Source: Acaryochloris marina S15
GTDB lineage: Bacteria; Cyanobacteriota; Cyanobacteriia; Thermosynechococcales; Thermosynechococcaceae
Direction: 5' to 3'
Assembly (NCBI RefSeq): GCF_018336915.1
Contig: NZ_CP064923.1
Location: 4,410,001-4,442,000, forward strand
DNA: 32,000 nucleotides
Shown piece by piece: positions 1-8,735 of this stretch; the stretch's first letter is position 1, and each line of letters opens with the position of its first letter. A program made the translations under genes and the position numbers. The notes under the pieces were generated by a model. It was given only the letters and a program-made list of their open reading frames with translations, had not been told where the DNA came from and made no database searches.

Positions 1-187
1 GTCCATTTTTCAGCCGAAATGTCGTTACCTTATCCTTGACTCGATCCAGATAGGGTTGGATAGATTGACCCGCTTCTGCTGGAGGGGGTTTTGGGGTTGC
101 CGCCCCAACCGGTTGACCATAAAGAGCGAGGCTAACAAAGGCAGCCAGCAGCAACAAAGCAATTTTTTGTAATCTAGACAACCGCAT
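1..187 (-). CDS. N-terminal part of a secreted protein; the gene runs off the left edge of the window. Possibly an M16 (pitrilysin-type) peptidase.
   Basis: Minus-strand ATG at 187 (plus-strand 'cat' 185-187) opens a frame that stays open to position 1: MRLSRLQKIALLLLAAFVSLALYGQPVGAATPKPPPAEAGQSIQPYLDRVKDKVTTFRLKNG. This is a typical signal peptide (basic N-terminus, hydrophobic core). The ...TTFRLKNG entry resembles the start of M16 peptidases, but the fragment is too short to be sure. It is absent from the ORF track because it is truncated. It lies 22 nt downstream of the preceding minus-strand gene. Confidence 0.45.
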   Translation of the reverse strand, partial: MRLSRLQKIALLLLAAFVSLALYGQPVGAATPKPPPAEAGQSIQPYLDRVKDKVTTFRLKNG

Positions 188-209
188 TCTCCTTGTAATG
201 ATGTCGGAG

Positions 210-1841
210 TTACTGAGTTTTCTCCAGAATCGGATTCATCCCGTGACGTTGGATCAGTTGCATTCTATCTTGTGCTTCTCGCACAGAAGCAAAAGACCCT
301 ACTTGCATCACGGATCGCCCACGATAAGAAGATCGAAAGGCACCGGGAACCAACCCCTTAAGTTTACTTTTTTGACGGGAATTAAAGGCTGATACCACGA
401 TTCGATATCGAGGTCCTAAAGCAATCGATGACGAGGGCGGTGCAGGGGGCAATCCTGCCCGGAGATGATAAATATCGGACCCTTTATCTGCGCGCCCCAT
501 TGGAATCCTAGACCCCGGCACGGGTAATACACCTACCCTAGCAGGCACGGTTCGCAAGGCGAGGCGGCGACGACTATCTTTGATGACTTCAGGTTTCAAA
601 CCATTTCGCTTCATCAGTTTGACCATGCGATCCAGTTTAGAGCGATTGTCAAACAACCCCACTTGCATCACAGATCGCCCCTTATAAGACGATCGAAAGG
701 CATCGGGGACAAGAGACTTAATTTTAGATTTTTGTTTGGTATTCCGAGGCTTAACGACAACCCGATACAGCGTATTAGATTGGCGTGCAGCCGATTTAAA
801 CCGGCGTCTACGATCGGCTACCGGGGAAGGAACAGGAATATCTACGCCGCGACTGGCAATCGAAGAAGGAGGGACTGCAGAAATTCTAGATCGCTCATTT
901 TCAATAATCTCTGGCTTCAAGTCATTGCGCTTCAACAGTTTTACGATGCTATCGACTTTGGAACGGCTATTAAACAAGCCGACCTGCATCACCGAGCGAC
1001 CTTGGTATGCGGATCGAAAAGCATCTGGCACTAATGATTTGATACGAGTCTTTTGCCCGCTATTGCCAGGTTCCACCACAACTCGATAGAGAAACCCTGA
1101 ACTGGGCACTGATGCAGACTGGGAGGGCACGGGTATGTCAACTACTTTTGCAGAGGAAGGCGGCACAATCGGCTCCCTTCTCGCAGATGACCGTGGAGGC
1201 GATAAGCGCCGTCCGGCAAACACAGCGGGCTGTGCTTGCTCAGTATTGAGATAAACATGGCCTAGGGTTTTGCCATTGTAGGTGCGTTTGGCAAAATTCC
1301 AGCCAGAATTCAAGTGAATTTTGAGCAGTCCAGAACTCATGCCCCGGGTTCTACCAATAACCATTGGCTCCCCTAACCGGCGAGAGCTGGGCATCCCTAG
1401 CAACAGCAGCTCATTACCTTGTTTTTGTAGAGTGAGTTGATAATCTAGCCCTAGATCTTTACCTGCCTGACGGATAGAGTAACCATTGCTATCGGTGCTA
1501 CGGCCACAAATCCCTGTAAAGTCGAACTTGAGCAATAGAGGCTCAATTTCTGTGGGGCTCGCTCCATGCTCTTTCCAACATTTTTTACTGCTAGAAATTT
1601 GTTCCAGAACCAGCAAATTGTAGTAACCCCGATCTCGGGGAACCGCAACTGCAATAAATTTATTTTGGGGGACCGCTGTTTGCCCAAAAGTAGCGGCCAA
1701 AAAGGTTTGAGGGCTGCGTTTACTCTCTAATAGGTCTGGGTTTGTGGCGGGTATTCCATTTGCGATCGCAGGTAAGGCCGTCGCCAATGGAATGGCAGCA
1801 GCGGCAAATGCCGTCAACCTATGAAGAGATAAATAATGCAT
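210..1841 (-). CDS. Secreted protein with an N-terminal DUF3747-like domain and three SPOR-like (peptidoglycan-binding type) repeat modules
   Basis: 543-aa ORF starting at ATG 1841, with GGAGA 9 nt upstream. Signal peptide: MHYLSLHRLTAFAAAAIPLATALPAIA. Residues ~45-200 (FIAVAVPRDRGYYNLLVLEQ...CWKEHG) resemble cyanobacterial DUF3747. Three ~63-aa modules match YR(V/I)VV...SLVPDAFRS.Y.GRSVMQVG.F...........L.R.G..P at aa 251-313, 358-421 and 478-541 (nt 903-1091, 579-770, 219-410). Confidence 0.85.
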   Translation of the reverse strand: MHYLSLHRLTAFAAAAIPLATALPAIANGIPATNPDLLESKRSPQTFLAATFGQTAVPQNKFIAVAVPRDRGYYNLLVLEQISSSKKCWKEHGASPTEIEPLLLKFDFTGICGRSTDSNGYSIRQAGKDLGLDYQLTLQKQGNELLLLGMPSSRRLGEPMVIGRTRGMSSGLLKIHLNSGWNFAKRTYNGKTLGHVYLNTEQAQPAVFAGRRLSPPRSSARREPIVPPSSAKVVDIPVPSQSASVPSSGFLYRVVVEPGNSGQKTRIKSLVPDAFRSAYQGRSVMQVGLFNSRSKVDSIVKLLKRNDLKPEIIENERSRISAVPPSSIASRGVDIPVPSPVADRRRRFKSAARQSNTLYRVVVKPRNTKQKSKIKSLVPDAFRSSYKGRSVMQVGLFDNRSKLDRMVKLMKRNGLKPEVIKDSRRRLALRTVPARVGVLPVPGSRIPMGRADKGSDIYHLRAGLPPAPPSSSIALGPRYRIVVSAFNSRQKSKLKGLVPGAFRSSYRGRSVMQVGSFASVREAQDRMQLIQRHGMNPILEKTQ

Positions 1842-2210
1842 GGGGTTGTCTCCAGCGCCCTGATTGATGACGATGAATGCTCTATAAGTATTATTCCCAA
1901 ACTAAAAAAAGAAATCCGTCAGATCCAGGTTGAAGCTTGAGTTTTACAAGATTAACTTAAACCTATGGATTTTGAAGTGGATTTTTTGTTCTCGGTTATA
2001 AAACAGAACATTTATCAGTTTGAGTCGGTTTCTAACTCTGGATAGAGTATCAGAACCCGCTCCAGAAGGATAGTACCCAAAAAGGCTTTATCACCTACCT
2101 GTCGAAGCAGTAGCAACCGAAGTTCCCAAGGGTATGCAATTGGGTCAATAGCGTGGTCAAGCAACTTAGAGCCGCTTAATTAAATTTTTTTTGTACAAAA
2201 AAGACTCTGA

Positions 2211-4367
2211 TCAGCCTTCATCTTCGTCTTGAATCCACGTCTGCTTGGGATCTAGTGTTTGGAAAATTTGCGGTTCCATTCCTTCAGGGAAATCCTCATC
2301 TTGAATCCAAGTTTGCCTCGGATCTGGAGTCTGAGGAGTATCCGCCTCTATGGTGGGGGACAGCTCTTCATCTTGAATCCAAGTTTGCCTTGGATCTTGA
2401 AGTTGAGTGGGCGGTGAATCGATGCCAAAAGGATTATCGACATCTTCCATCCAAGCCTGTTGAGGCTCTTGCAGCTGGGTCGGACTCGAGTCTTGGAGCT
2501 GAGTGGGATTAGGGTCTTGTAATTGTGTAGCGCTAGGATCTTGCAACTGGGTAGGGCTAGAGTCTTGTAACTGAGTCGAACTGGGGTCTTGCAGCTGAGT
2601 GGGATTAGGCTCCTGAAGCTGAGTAGCACTAAGATCTTGCAGCTGGGTCGGACTTGAGTCTTGTAACTGAGTCGGATGAGGCTCCTGAAGTTGGGTATTA
2701 CTCGGATCTTGTAGCTGGGTAGCCGTTGGATCGTAAAGCTGAGTGGGACTAGAGTCGAGGTTTAGTGCTGCACTGGCTGCCAAATCTTCACTGTCAAGGA
2801 CTTGCAGTTGAGTGGCAGTCGGATCTTGGATCTGGGTCTTTGGACCTCTTTGGGATGGCGGTGTATCCTGCAGTTCAGTTTTAGGAGTTTGAATACGCGT
2901 TTTTGCCTGTAGCTCCCTAGACGTAATATCTACCCGCTCATCCGGGACCTGCGGTTCCATTTCTGAGACCTGCAGCTCAGTTTCTGATCCTTGAAGTTTC
3001 GTTTCAGAGGGCGTAGCCATCTCATTAACTGCGCTCGCTGCCGCTGCTCCCAAAACCACATTTTCAGGGGAAAGGGGGCTACTTCCTGCCTCACCCACCG
3101 GCACTGAAGGGGAGGAGTTTGGCATTTCTTGTAACTCTGTTTCAGGCGCTTGAATACGAGTGGGTCTTATTTTTTCAGCATAATTGGGGGCTGGTCTCGG
3201 GGCTGGTTTCGGCTTAGATTTTGCCAGCAATGTTTTTAAGACACCCCCCACTAGCCCTCCCAACACCAACGTGACTAGAGCAATGGGTAGCCACCCTAAC
3301 CCTCCAGACGTGTCTTGGGCTTCTCCTGCCGTATCCGTGCTCGCAACAGTTGATGCCCCCGTTCCATCCGGGTTAGAGGTAGAAGAACCATCCGATGATG
3401 CCGAAGATGTATTGGCTGACTGAGTATTATCTGACTGAGCATTATCCGCAGATCCAGCATTGGTATCTGTTTTTCCATCTTGCGCAGAATCATTGGTTGA
3501 TGAACCATTAGCACTGGTGTCGTCGATAGCAGATTGGGTCTTTGCTTCCGCAATCGCTGCTTGTCCCGGAGCAGAGGCCACAAAGTCTAAAAACGTTTTA
3601 GTCGAGATAGTGGGCATACCTTCATAGACATAGGTAAAGGGCTGAGAAAAGGGATACCGCGGATCATCGGGCAAAGTGTCGTACATGGAGATGGGGCGAA
3701 TCGCTTCAGCTTCGCCAATCTGACTGGCAAGGGCATAGCTAATGCCATCCTTACCCAATTCATCCATCAGGGCCGCAACGTTATCTTGATCGAGCTGAAC
3801 AATCTGGCCACCTGCCTCAAAGTTAGCGGCTCGAAACAATTCATAGGTTTGCAACGTACTTTGAAGATTGCTGGCAATCGGGCGATGAATCACACGAATA
3901 GGGGCGGAGGGGCCTCCCAGTTGGGACCAATTCGTGATTTCTCCCCGAAAAATTTTAACCACTTGGTCAATAGTTAACCCCTTGGCAAAGGGATTATCTT
4001 TACCCACAACAATTGCAATTTTTTCCCGGGTGACAGGGACTTGGACTAAGCCTTGCCCTTTCTCTTCCTCCGTGAGGAGGCGACTAATAGCCGCTAAATC
4101 AGCCTGTTGGCCCTCTACCTGGAGGGGAGCATCAGCCTGCTGACGCTTAATCTCGACCGTCGCACCTGGGGTTTGAGTTTCATATCCTTGCTTAAGGGTC
4201 TGATTAATCGGAGCCATGCGGGTCAAATTATTGATGCGAATGGTTGTTGCCGCTTCCTGGGCTTGAACCCTTTGCCAATCCGATTCAGACAATAGTATGG
4301 CCGAGGAGACACCCAAAGTGACTACCATCGCTAACTTGGAAATAGAAGTAGATCGTTTGGGTCTCAT
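2211..4367 (-). CDS. PstS-family (PBP-like 2) substrate-binding domain protein with an S/T/N/D-rich linker, a single TM anchor and a long repeat-rich C-terminal tail
   Basis: The ORF track gives 2211..4385 with a TTG start. I prefer the in-frame ATG at 4367, which has GGAGG 8 nt upstream (ggaggctgagtacATG). N-terminal signal-like helix: KLAMVVTLGVSSAILL. PstS-family hallmark: GLTIDQVVKIFRGEITNWSQLGG..APIRVIHR. Low-complexity linker at aa 285-360, TM at aa ~363-387 (GWLPIALVTLVLGGLVGGVLKTLLA) followed by KSKPKPAPRPAP, then a 337-aa tail of T(Q/E)LQ(D/E) repeats. Confidence 0.85.
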   Translation of the reverse strand: MRPKRSTSISKLAMVVTLGVSSAILLSESDWQRVQAQEAATTIRINNLTRMAPINQTLKQGYETQTPGATVEIKRQQADAPLQVEGQQADLAAISRLLTEEEKGQGLVQVPVTREKIAIVVGKDNPFAKGLTIDQVVKIFRGEITNWSQLGGPSAPIRVIHRPIASNLQSTLQTYELFRAANFEAGGQIVQLDQDNVAALMDELGKDGISYALASQIGEAEAIRPISMYDTLPDDPRYPFSQPFTYVYEGMPTISTKTFLDFVASAPGQAAIAEAKTQSAIDDTSANGSSTNDSAQDGKTDTNAGSADNAQSDNTQSANTSSASSDGSSTSNPDGTGASTVASTDTAGEAQDTSGGLGWLPIALVTLVLGGLVGGVLKTLLAKSKPKPAPRPAPNYAEKIRPTRIQAPETELQEMPNSSPSVPVGEAGSSPLSPENVVLGAAAASAVNEMATPSETKLQGSETELQVSEMEPQVPDERVDITSRELQAKTRIQTPKTELQDTPPSQRGPKTQIQDPTATQLQVLDSEDLAASAALNLDSSPTQLYDPTATQLQDPSNTQLQEPHPTQLQDSSPTQLQDLSATQLQEPNPTQLQDPSSTQLQDSSPTQLQDPSATQLQDPNPTQLQDSSPTQLQEPQQAWMEDVDNPFGIDSPPTQLQDPRQTWIQDEELSPTIEADTPQTPDPRQTWIQDEDFPEGMEPQIFQTLDPKQTWIQDEDEG
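2466..2753. repeat. In-frame tandem repeat, 12 x 24 nt, encoding xxxTQLQ(D/E) octapeptides inside the PstS-like CDS
   Basis: On the minus strand it reads SSPTQLYD PTATQLQD PSNTQLQE PHPTQLQD SSPTQLQD LSATQLQE PNPTQLQD PSSTQLQD SSPTQLQD PSATQLQD PNPTQLQD SSPTQLQE. The plus strand shows a 24-nt periodic ...cttgcagctgggt.../...cttgtaactgagt... pattern. Degenerate copies (ETELQ, TKLQ, TQIQ, QTWIQDE) extend over 2214-3150. Confidence 0.9.
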
Positions 4368-4809
4368 GTACTCAGCCTCCAACAAAATATATAGGCGTTA
4401 ATGACCAGTCGCTTTTAAATCGATGTTCAAAAGCATTGATTGCTTTTGACAACAGCATGTCCTGAGTATCATCTCTTTGAACACCAGCAAGAATGAGACT
4501 GTCGTTTAAGAGAAGCCTTGGCTTATGCGCAAGGAAAGAATATTGCCATTACAAAGTGGTTCGGTATTCACAGCCACAAAAGGAAATTCCCATGGGGAGG
4601 AGGATACCTAGCTGTTAACCAGTATCTGCACAGACCAATTATCACAATTCTATGAACATTCTTGTAATATCACTATTATTTTTAAGATTCTCTCCAATAA
4701 ATATTCAAAATAGTACAGGTTATTGACCCCTCAGTCGCCTGGTGGAACCTTACTGGTCAGACACCTTCCTGATGGATGGGCATATATCTATGTAGACTAT
4801 GTAAAAGAT

Positions 4810-5228
4810 GGGAAGAGTAGGAGTAGGTGGTTGCGGACTTGCGATCGCAAGTCTGAGGAAAGTCCGGGCTCTCGAAAGGCCAGACTTGCTGGGTAATGCC
4901 CAGTGCGGGTGACCGTGAGGAGAGTGCCACAGAAACATACCGCCGATGGCTTGTTTCGCTATTTTGTAGCAAAACATTCACAGGTAAGGGTGCAAGGGTG
5001 CGGTAAGAGCGCACCAGCAACGTCGAGAGGCGTTGGCTCGGTAAACCCCGGTGGAGAGCAAGGCAGAGAGCAACGGTTGGTCTTTTCCCCGTTCTCGTTT
5101 GTAGCGCCGCTAGAGGCGTCTGGCAACAGGCGTCCCAGATAGATAACTACCCTCTTTCTACCCATCATGGGCAAATGCCCTGGTGGAGAAAGAGAACAGA
5201 ACCCGGCTTACCGCCTGCTCTTCCCTCT
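4810..5228 (+). ncRNA. rnpB: RNase P RNA, bacterial type A
   Basis: Universally conserved blocks are present in the correct order: GAGGAAAGTCCGGGCTC (from ~4854), ACAGAAA, GGTAAGGGTGCAAGGGTGCGGTAAGAGCGCACC, GGTAAACCCC, AGATAGATAACTA and ACAGAACCCGGCTTA (ends ~5210). P1 pairing is GGGAAGAGTAGG (4810-4821) with CCTGCTCTTCCC (5214-5225). The P3-like hairpin GGACTTGCGATCGCAAGTCT contains a HIP1 palindrome. The ends are approximate, within a few nt. Confidence 0.95.
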
Positions 5229-5282
5229 ATTTTTCAGGGTGTATACCCCTAGGTTTTAAACGTCATCTTTCTTCCCCAATCA

Positions 5283-6020
5283 ATGGCAAGTTGCCCCCCT
5301 CAACGACAACGACAGCTAGAAAAATTGATCCTGCGCCTGGGGCTACCGGGGAATGCTCCCATTCGTTGGGAGCTACTAGACCTAGCTCTGACGCACCCTT
5401 CTGCCTCTGGTCAGGCCAATTATGAACAATTAGAGTTCGTGGGGGACTCCGTCGTCCGTCTGATAGCAGCCCTTCTCCTACAAACAGAAAATGCTCAGGG
5501 GGCCGTAGGAGAATGGTCTGCAATTCGCTCCGTATTGGTGAGCGATCGCCACCTAGCGACTCTAGCCGCTAACTATGGTCTGGATCGATTTCTGCTGCTA
5601 GGTCCCAGTACCATGAACGATCGCCGGGGCGAAGACTCCCGGTTAGCGGATGCCTTTGAAGCGGTATTGGGGGCCCTTTATCTGAGCACCGGCGACCTCT
5701 CGCTGATTCAGCCCTGGCTCCAGACTCCTCTGGAGCAAAAGGCAGAACAGGTCAGAACCGACCCCGCTTATCAAAACTATAAAGCTGCCCTCCAGCAATG
5801 GACTCAGGCCGTCTATCAACAATTGCCTGAATATCGAGTCCAAGAGCATCCTCCCTCATCCCAGCACCCTAACAAAGTGATGGATGAGCGCTTTACCGCC
5901 GAAGTCTGGCTCCAAGAGCAATTATTGGGGGTGGGTAAAGGGCACTCTATAAAAGCAGCCGAGAAAGCAGCGGCCCAAATGGCCTTTTTAAAACTCCAGT
6001 CTCCTGTGCCTGAGACTTAG
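5283..6020 (+). CDS. rnc: Ribonuclease III
   Basis: 245 aa, ATG start. RNase III signature: LLDLALTHPSA...NYEQLEFVGDSVVRL. The catalytic region (LADAFEAVLGALYL) and a C-terminal dsRBD-like segment (GKGHSIKAAEKAAAQMAF) are present. Confidence 0.95.
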   Translation: MASCPPQRQRQLEKLILRLGLPGNAPIRWELLDLALTHPSASGQANYEQLEFVGDSVVRLIAALLLQTENAQGAVGEWSAIRSVLVSDRHLATLAANYGLDRFLLLGPSTMNDRRGEDSRLADAFEAVLGALYLSTGDLSLIQPWLQTPLEQKAEQVRTDPAYQNYKAALQQWTQAVYQQLPEYRVQEHPPSSQHPNKVMDERFTAEVWLQEQLLGVGKGHSIKAAEKAAAQMAFLKLQSPVPET

Positions 6021-6095
6021 TTTTAGGTTTCCACAATCCCTTTTCCATCATTCGATAGGATAATGGGTATATATCTACGGCTCAAAGATTCATAG

Positions 6096-7124
<1,029 letters not shown>

Positions 7125-7146
7125 ATAGTTCCAGATACTCTCAAAT

Positions 7147-8466
7147 TTAGACCAATTGCAGCATCAACGCTCGATAAAGCAGGGCAGTCACCCCATAACT
7201 AATCATCACAATCGTGGGCACTGCCAGAGCTGCAATTGGTTCAGCAATCTGACCAATCTTGGTATAGCCACTGTATAAGCCCAGAATGGTAAAACTAGAG
7301 GCAAAAAGACTCAAGGCAATGAGCTCAATTTGACCTAACTGCATCGCTAGACCACTGAGAATCGCCCATACTCCCACTGGCAGCATTGCTGCCCCAGCAA
7401 CTAGCAAATCCCCAGACCAGCTTCCACCTTTCCCCACCATCCGACGGATAAGGCTGCCCGCCAACACTAGGCTAGAGAAAGCCACCACACTGAGCAGCAT
7501 CAGTTGGGCATCAGACACGGTCCAAGTCTCAGGGGCAAAGAAATGGGCTCCCCCCACCACACCGCCCATGGCCAGTCCAGCACCAATTAGGCTAATCCCA
7601 ATCGATTGATAGGGCAGCTGGCTTTTCCAAACCTCTAGAGCAGCACCACTAGGATTAACCAGCAGGCGAGGTAAGGCCGTCACAGCAGCGGTTGCCACGG
7701 TTGCCCCATTCCGAGGCAGGTTGAATACGATATTGGCGGGCTTGCGATTGAGATCTTTTAGAGTTGCGATGGCCCGTTGGTAATGGCCAATATGTCCCTG
7801 CTGTCGAAACAAACTAGCAGCCGCTTGTAAATCACGAATCGCCAAGCGCTCCTTCACCTTGATGTGAGCAATGCCTCGATGATAAAACGCTTGAGCATAG
7901 TCTTTTTCTAAGGCAATAGCTTGGGAATAGGATTCAATAGATAGATCTAAATGGCCTAAGCGATAGCAAGATCGTCCCCGAAAAAAGAAGGCTTGAGCCG
8001 ATTGGGGCTGAATGCTCAAAATATGATCACAATCTTGCAACACTTCCCGATTATGACCGAGGGCAAACCGAGCTTGGCATCGCCCCATATAAGCTTCTAA
8101 ATAACTCTTATCTAGGTGAATCGCCTGGGTGAAATCAGCAATCGCAGTGGCATAATTTCGTCTATTTGCCTTTTGTACCCCTTGCATAAAATACTGTTGA
8201 GCATCTTGGAGAACAACAGAACCGGGTTCTTCTACAAACGGAGATCGAGAACGATCATTCGGGTCATAAATAACCTGCTGCTCGCGATTGCTCAGTACTT
8301 CATAGGCCGTACATACTCTTTGAAAAACCTCTGCAGCTCTGGGATTATTAGGGTTTAAGTCAGGATGATACTGGCGAACCAGTCGACGAAAAGCCGTTTT
8401 GATCTCCGCTGGAGTCGCCTGTGGAGACACCTGCAGCACACTGTAATGATCTTGTGAGTCCACCAT
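7147..8466 (-). CDS. J-domain (DnaJ-like) protein with TPR repeats and a C-terminal multi-pass membrane domain
   Basis: The track ORF 7147..8496 starts at TTG; the in-frame ATG at 8466 (MVDSQDHYSVLQV...) is the likelier start. J domain with HPD: YSVLQVSPQATPAEIKTAFRRLVRQYHPDLNP. TPR-like repeats: YATAIADFTQAIHLDKSYLEAYMGR, AQAFFFRGRSCYRLG, AIALEKDYAQAFYHRG. The last ~160 aa contain about 5 hydrophobic helices. Confidence 0.85.
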   Translation of the reverse strand: MVDSQDHYSVLQVSPQATPAEIKTAFRRLVRQYHPDLNPNNPRAAEVFQRVCTAYEVLSNREQQVIYDPNDRSRSPFVEEPGSVVLQDAQQYFMQGVQKANRRNYATAIADFTQAIHLDKSYLEAYMGRCQARFALGHNREVLQDCDHILSIQPQSAQAFFFRGRSCYRLGHLDLSIESYSQAIALEKDYAQAFYHRGIAHIKVKERLAIRDLQAAASLFRQQGHIGHYQRAIATLKDLNRKPANIVFNLPRNGATVATAAVTALPRLLVNPSGAALEVWKSQLPYQSIGISLIGAGLAMGGVVGGAHFFAPETWTVSDAQLMLLSVVAFSSLVLAGSLIRRMVGKGGSWSGDLLVAGAAMLPVGVWAILSGLAMQLGQIELIALSLFASSFTILGLYSGYTKIGQIAEPIAALAVPTIVMISYGVTALLYRALMLQLV

Positions 8467-8735
8467 GAAAGTTTTGGAAGCTAAACCGTTCGACAATTGA
8501 TTGAGGGTTTAAGATGTGATCTTGCTTACACTCTCTTATTCCCAAGTATGGCATTTCGGCTAAAAGATGTATCTATCCACCCAAAATTCTTATTTTTCTT
8601 AGTATTTGTTTCCATCACCAAAAATGGTTGTAAACAGACTTTACTCTCATTTTAGAAAAATGCTTTCAACCCTTAAGTTAATCTGCAATAAATATAGGTC
8701 TTCCCCAAAATATAAGCTGTCCCCAGAGACCTGCC

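Noticed and set aside
198-1089. Plus-strand ORFs antisense to the DUF3747/SPOR-like gene (198-392, 663-1034, 736-1089) that resemble each other
   Set aside because: Their mutual similarity only mirrors the triplicated SPOR-like modules on the minus strand. Their sequences are Arg-rich and low-complexity, and they are fully contained in a far better ORF.
2187-2202. Perfect palindrome TTTTTTGTACAAAAAA directly downstream of the PstS-like gene stop, considered as its terminator
   Set aside because: The stem would consist only of A-U pairs around a GUAC centre, which is too weak for a canonical intrinsic terminator. It may still be a protein-binding or AT-tract element, but I cannot support a call.
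2255-2629. ORFs 2255-2512(+) and 2348-2629(-), and the possibility that the 24-nt periodic DNA is a CRISPR-like array
   Set aside because: The repeats are contiguous with no unique spacers. They stay in frame within a 719-codon ORF and encode a consistent octapeptide. The alternative-frame ORFs are by-products of the periodicity.
4386-4700. Pho-box array (tandem PyTTAAPyPy(T/A) at 11-bp spacing) upstream of the PstS-like gene
   Set aside because: Only isolated TTAA-containing octamers are present (e.g. GTTAACC near 4614), with no phased tandem copies.
4750-5523. Track ORFs overlapping the rnpB locus (4750-4977-, 4757-5020-, 4903-5142+, 4959-5174-, 5183-5425+, 5263-5523-)
   Set aside because: The region carries every conserved block of bacterial RNase P RNA plus the start of rnc. 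These ORFs have no motifs, and their Arg/Ser/Pro-rich translations are typical of structured-RNA or out-of-frame reads.
8497-8735. Small ORFs (18-39 codons) in the divergent J-protein/tilS intergenic region, and ORFs 8360-8554(-) and 8678-8971(-)
   Set aside because: The translations are neither hydrophobic nor similar to known small photosynthetic or ribosomal proteins. They overlap promoter regions or better ORFs.
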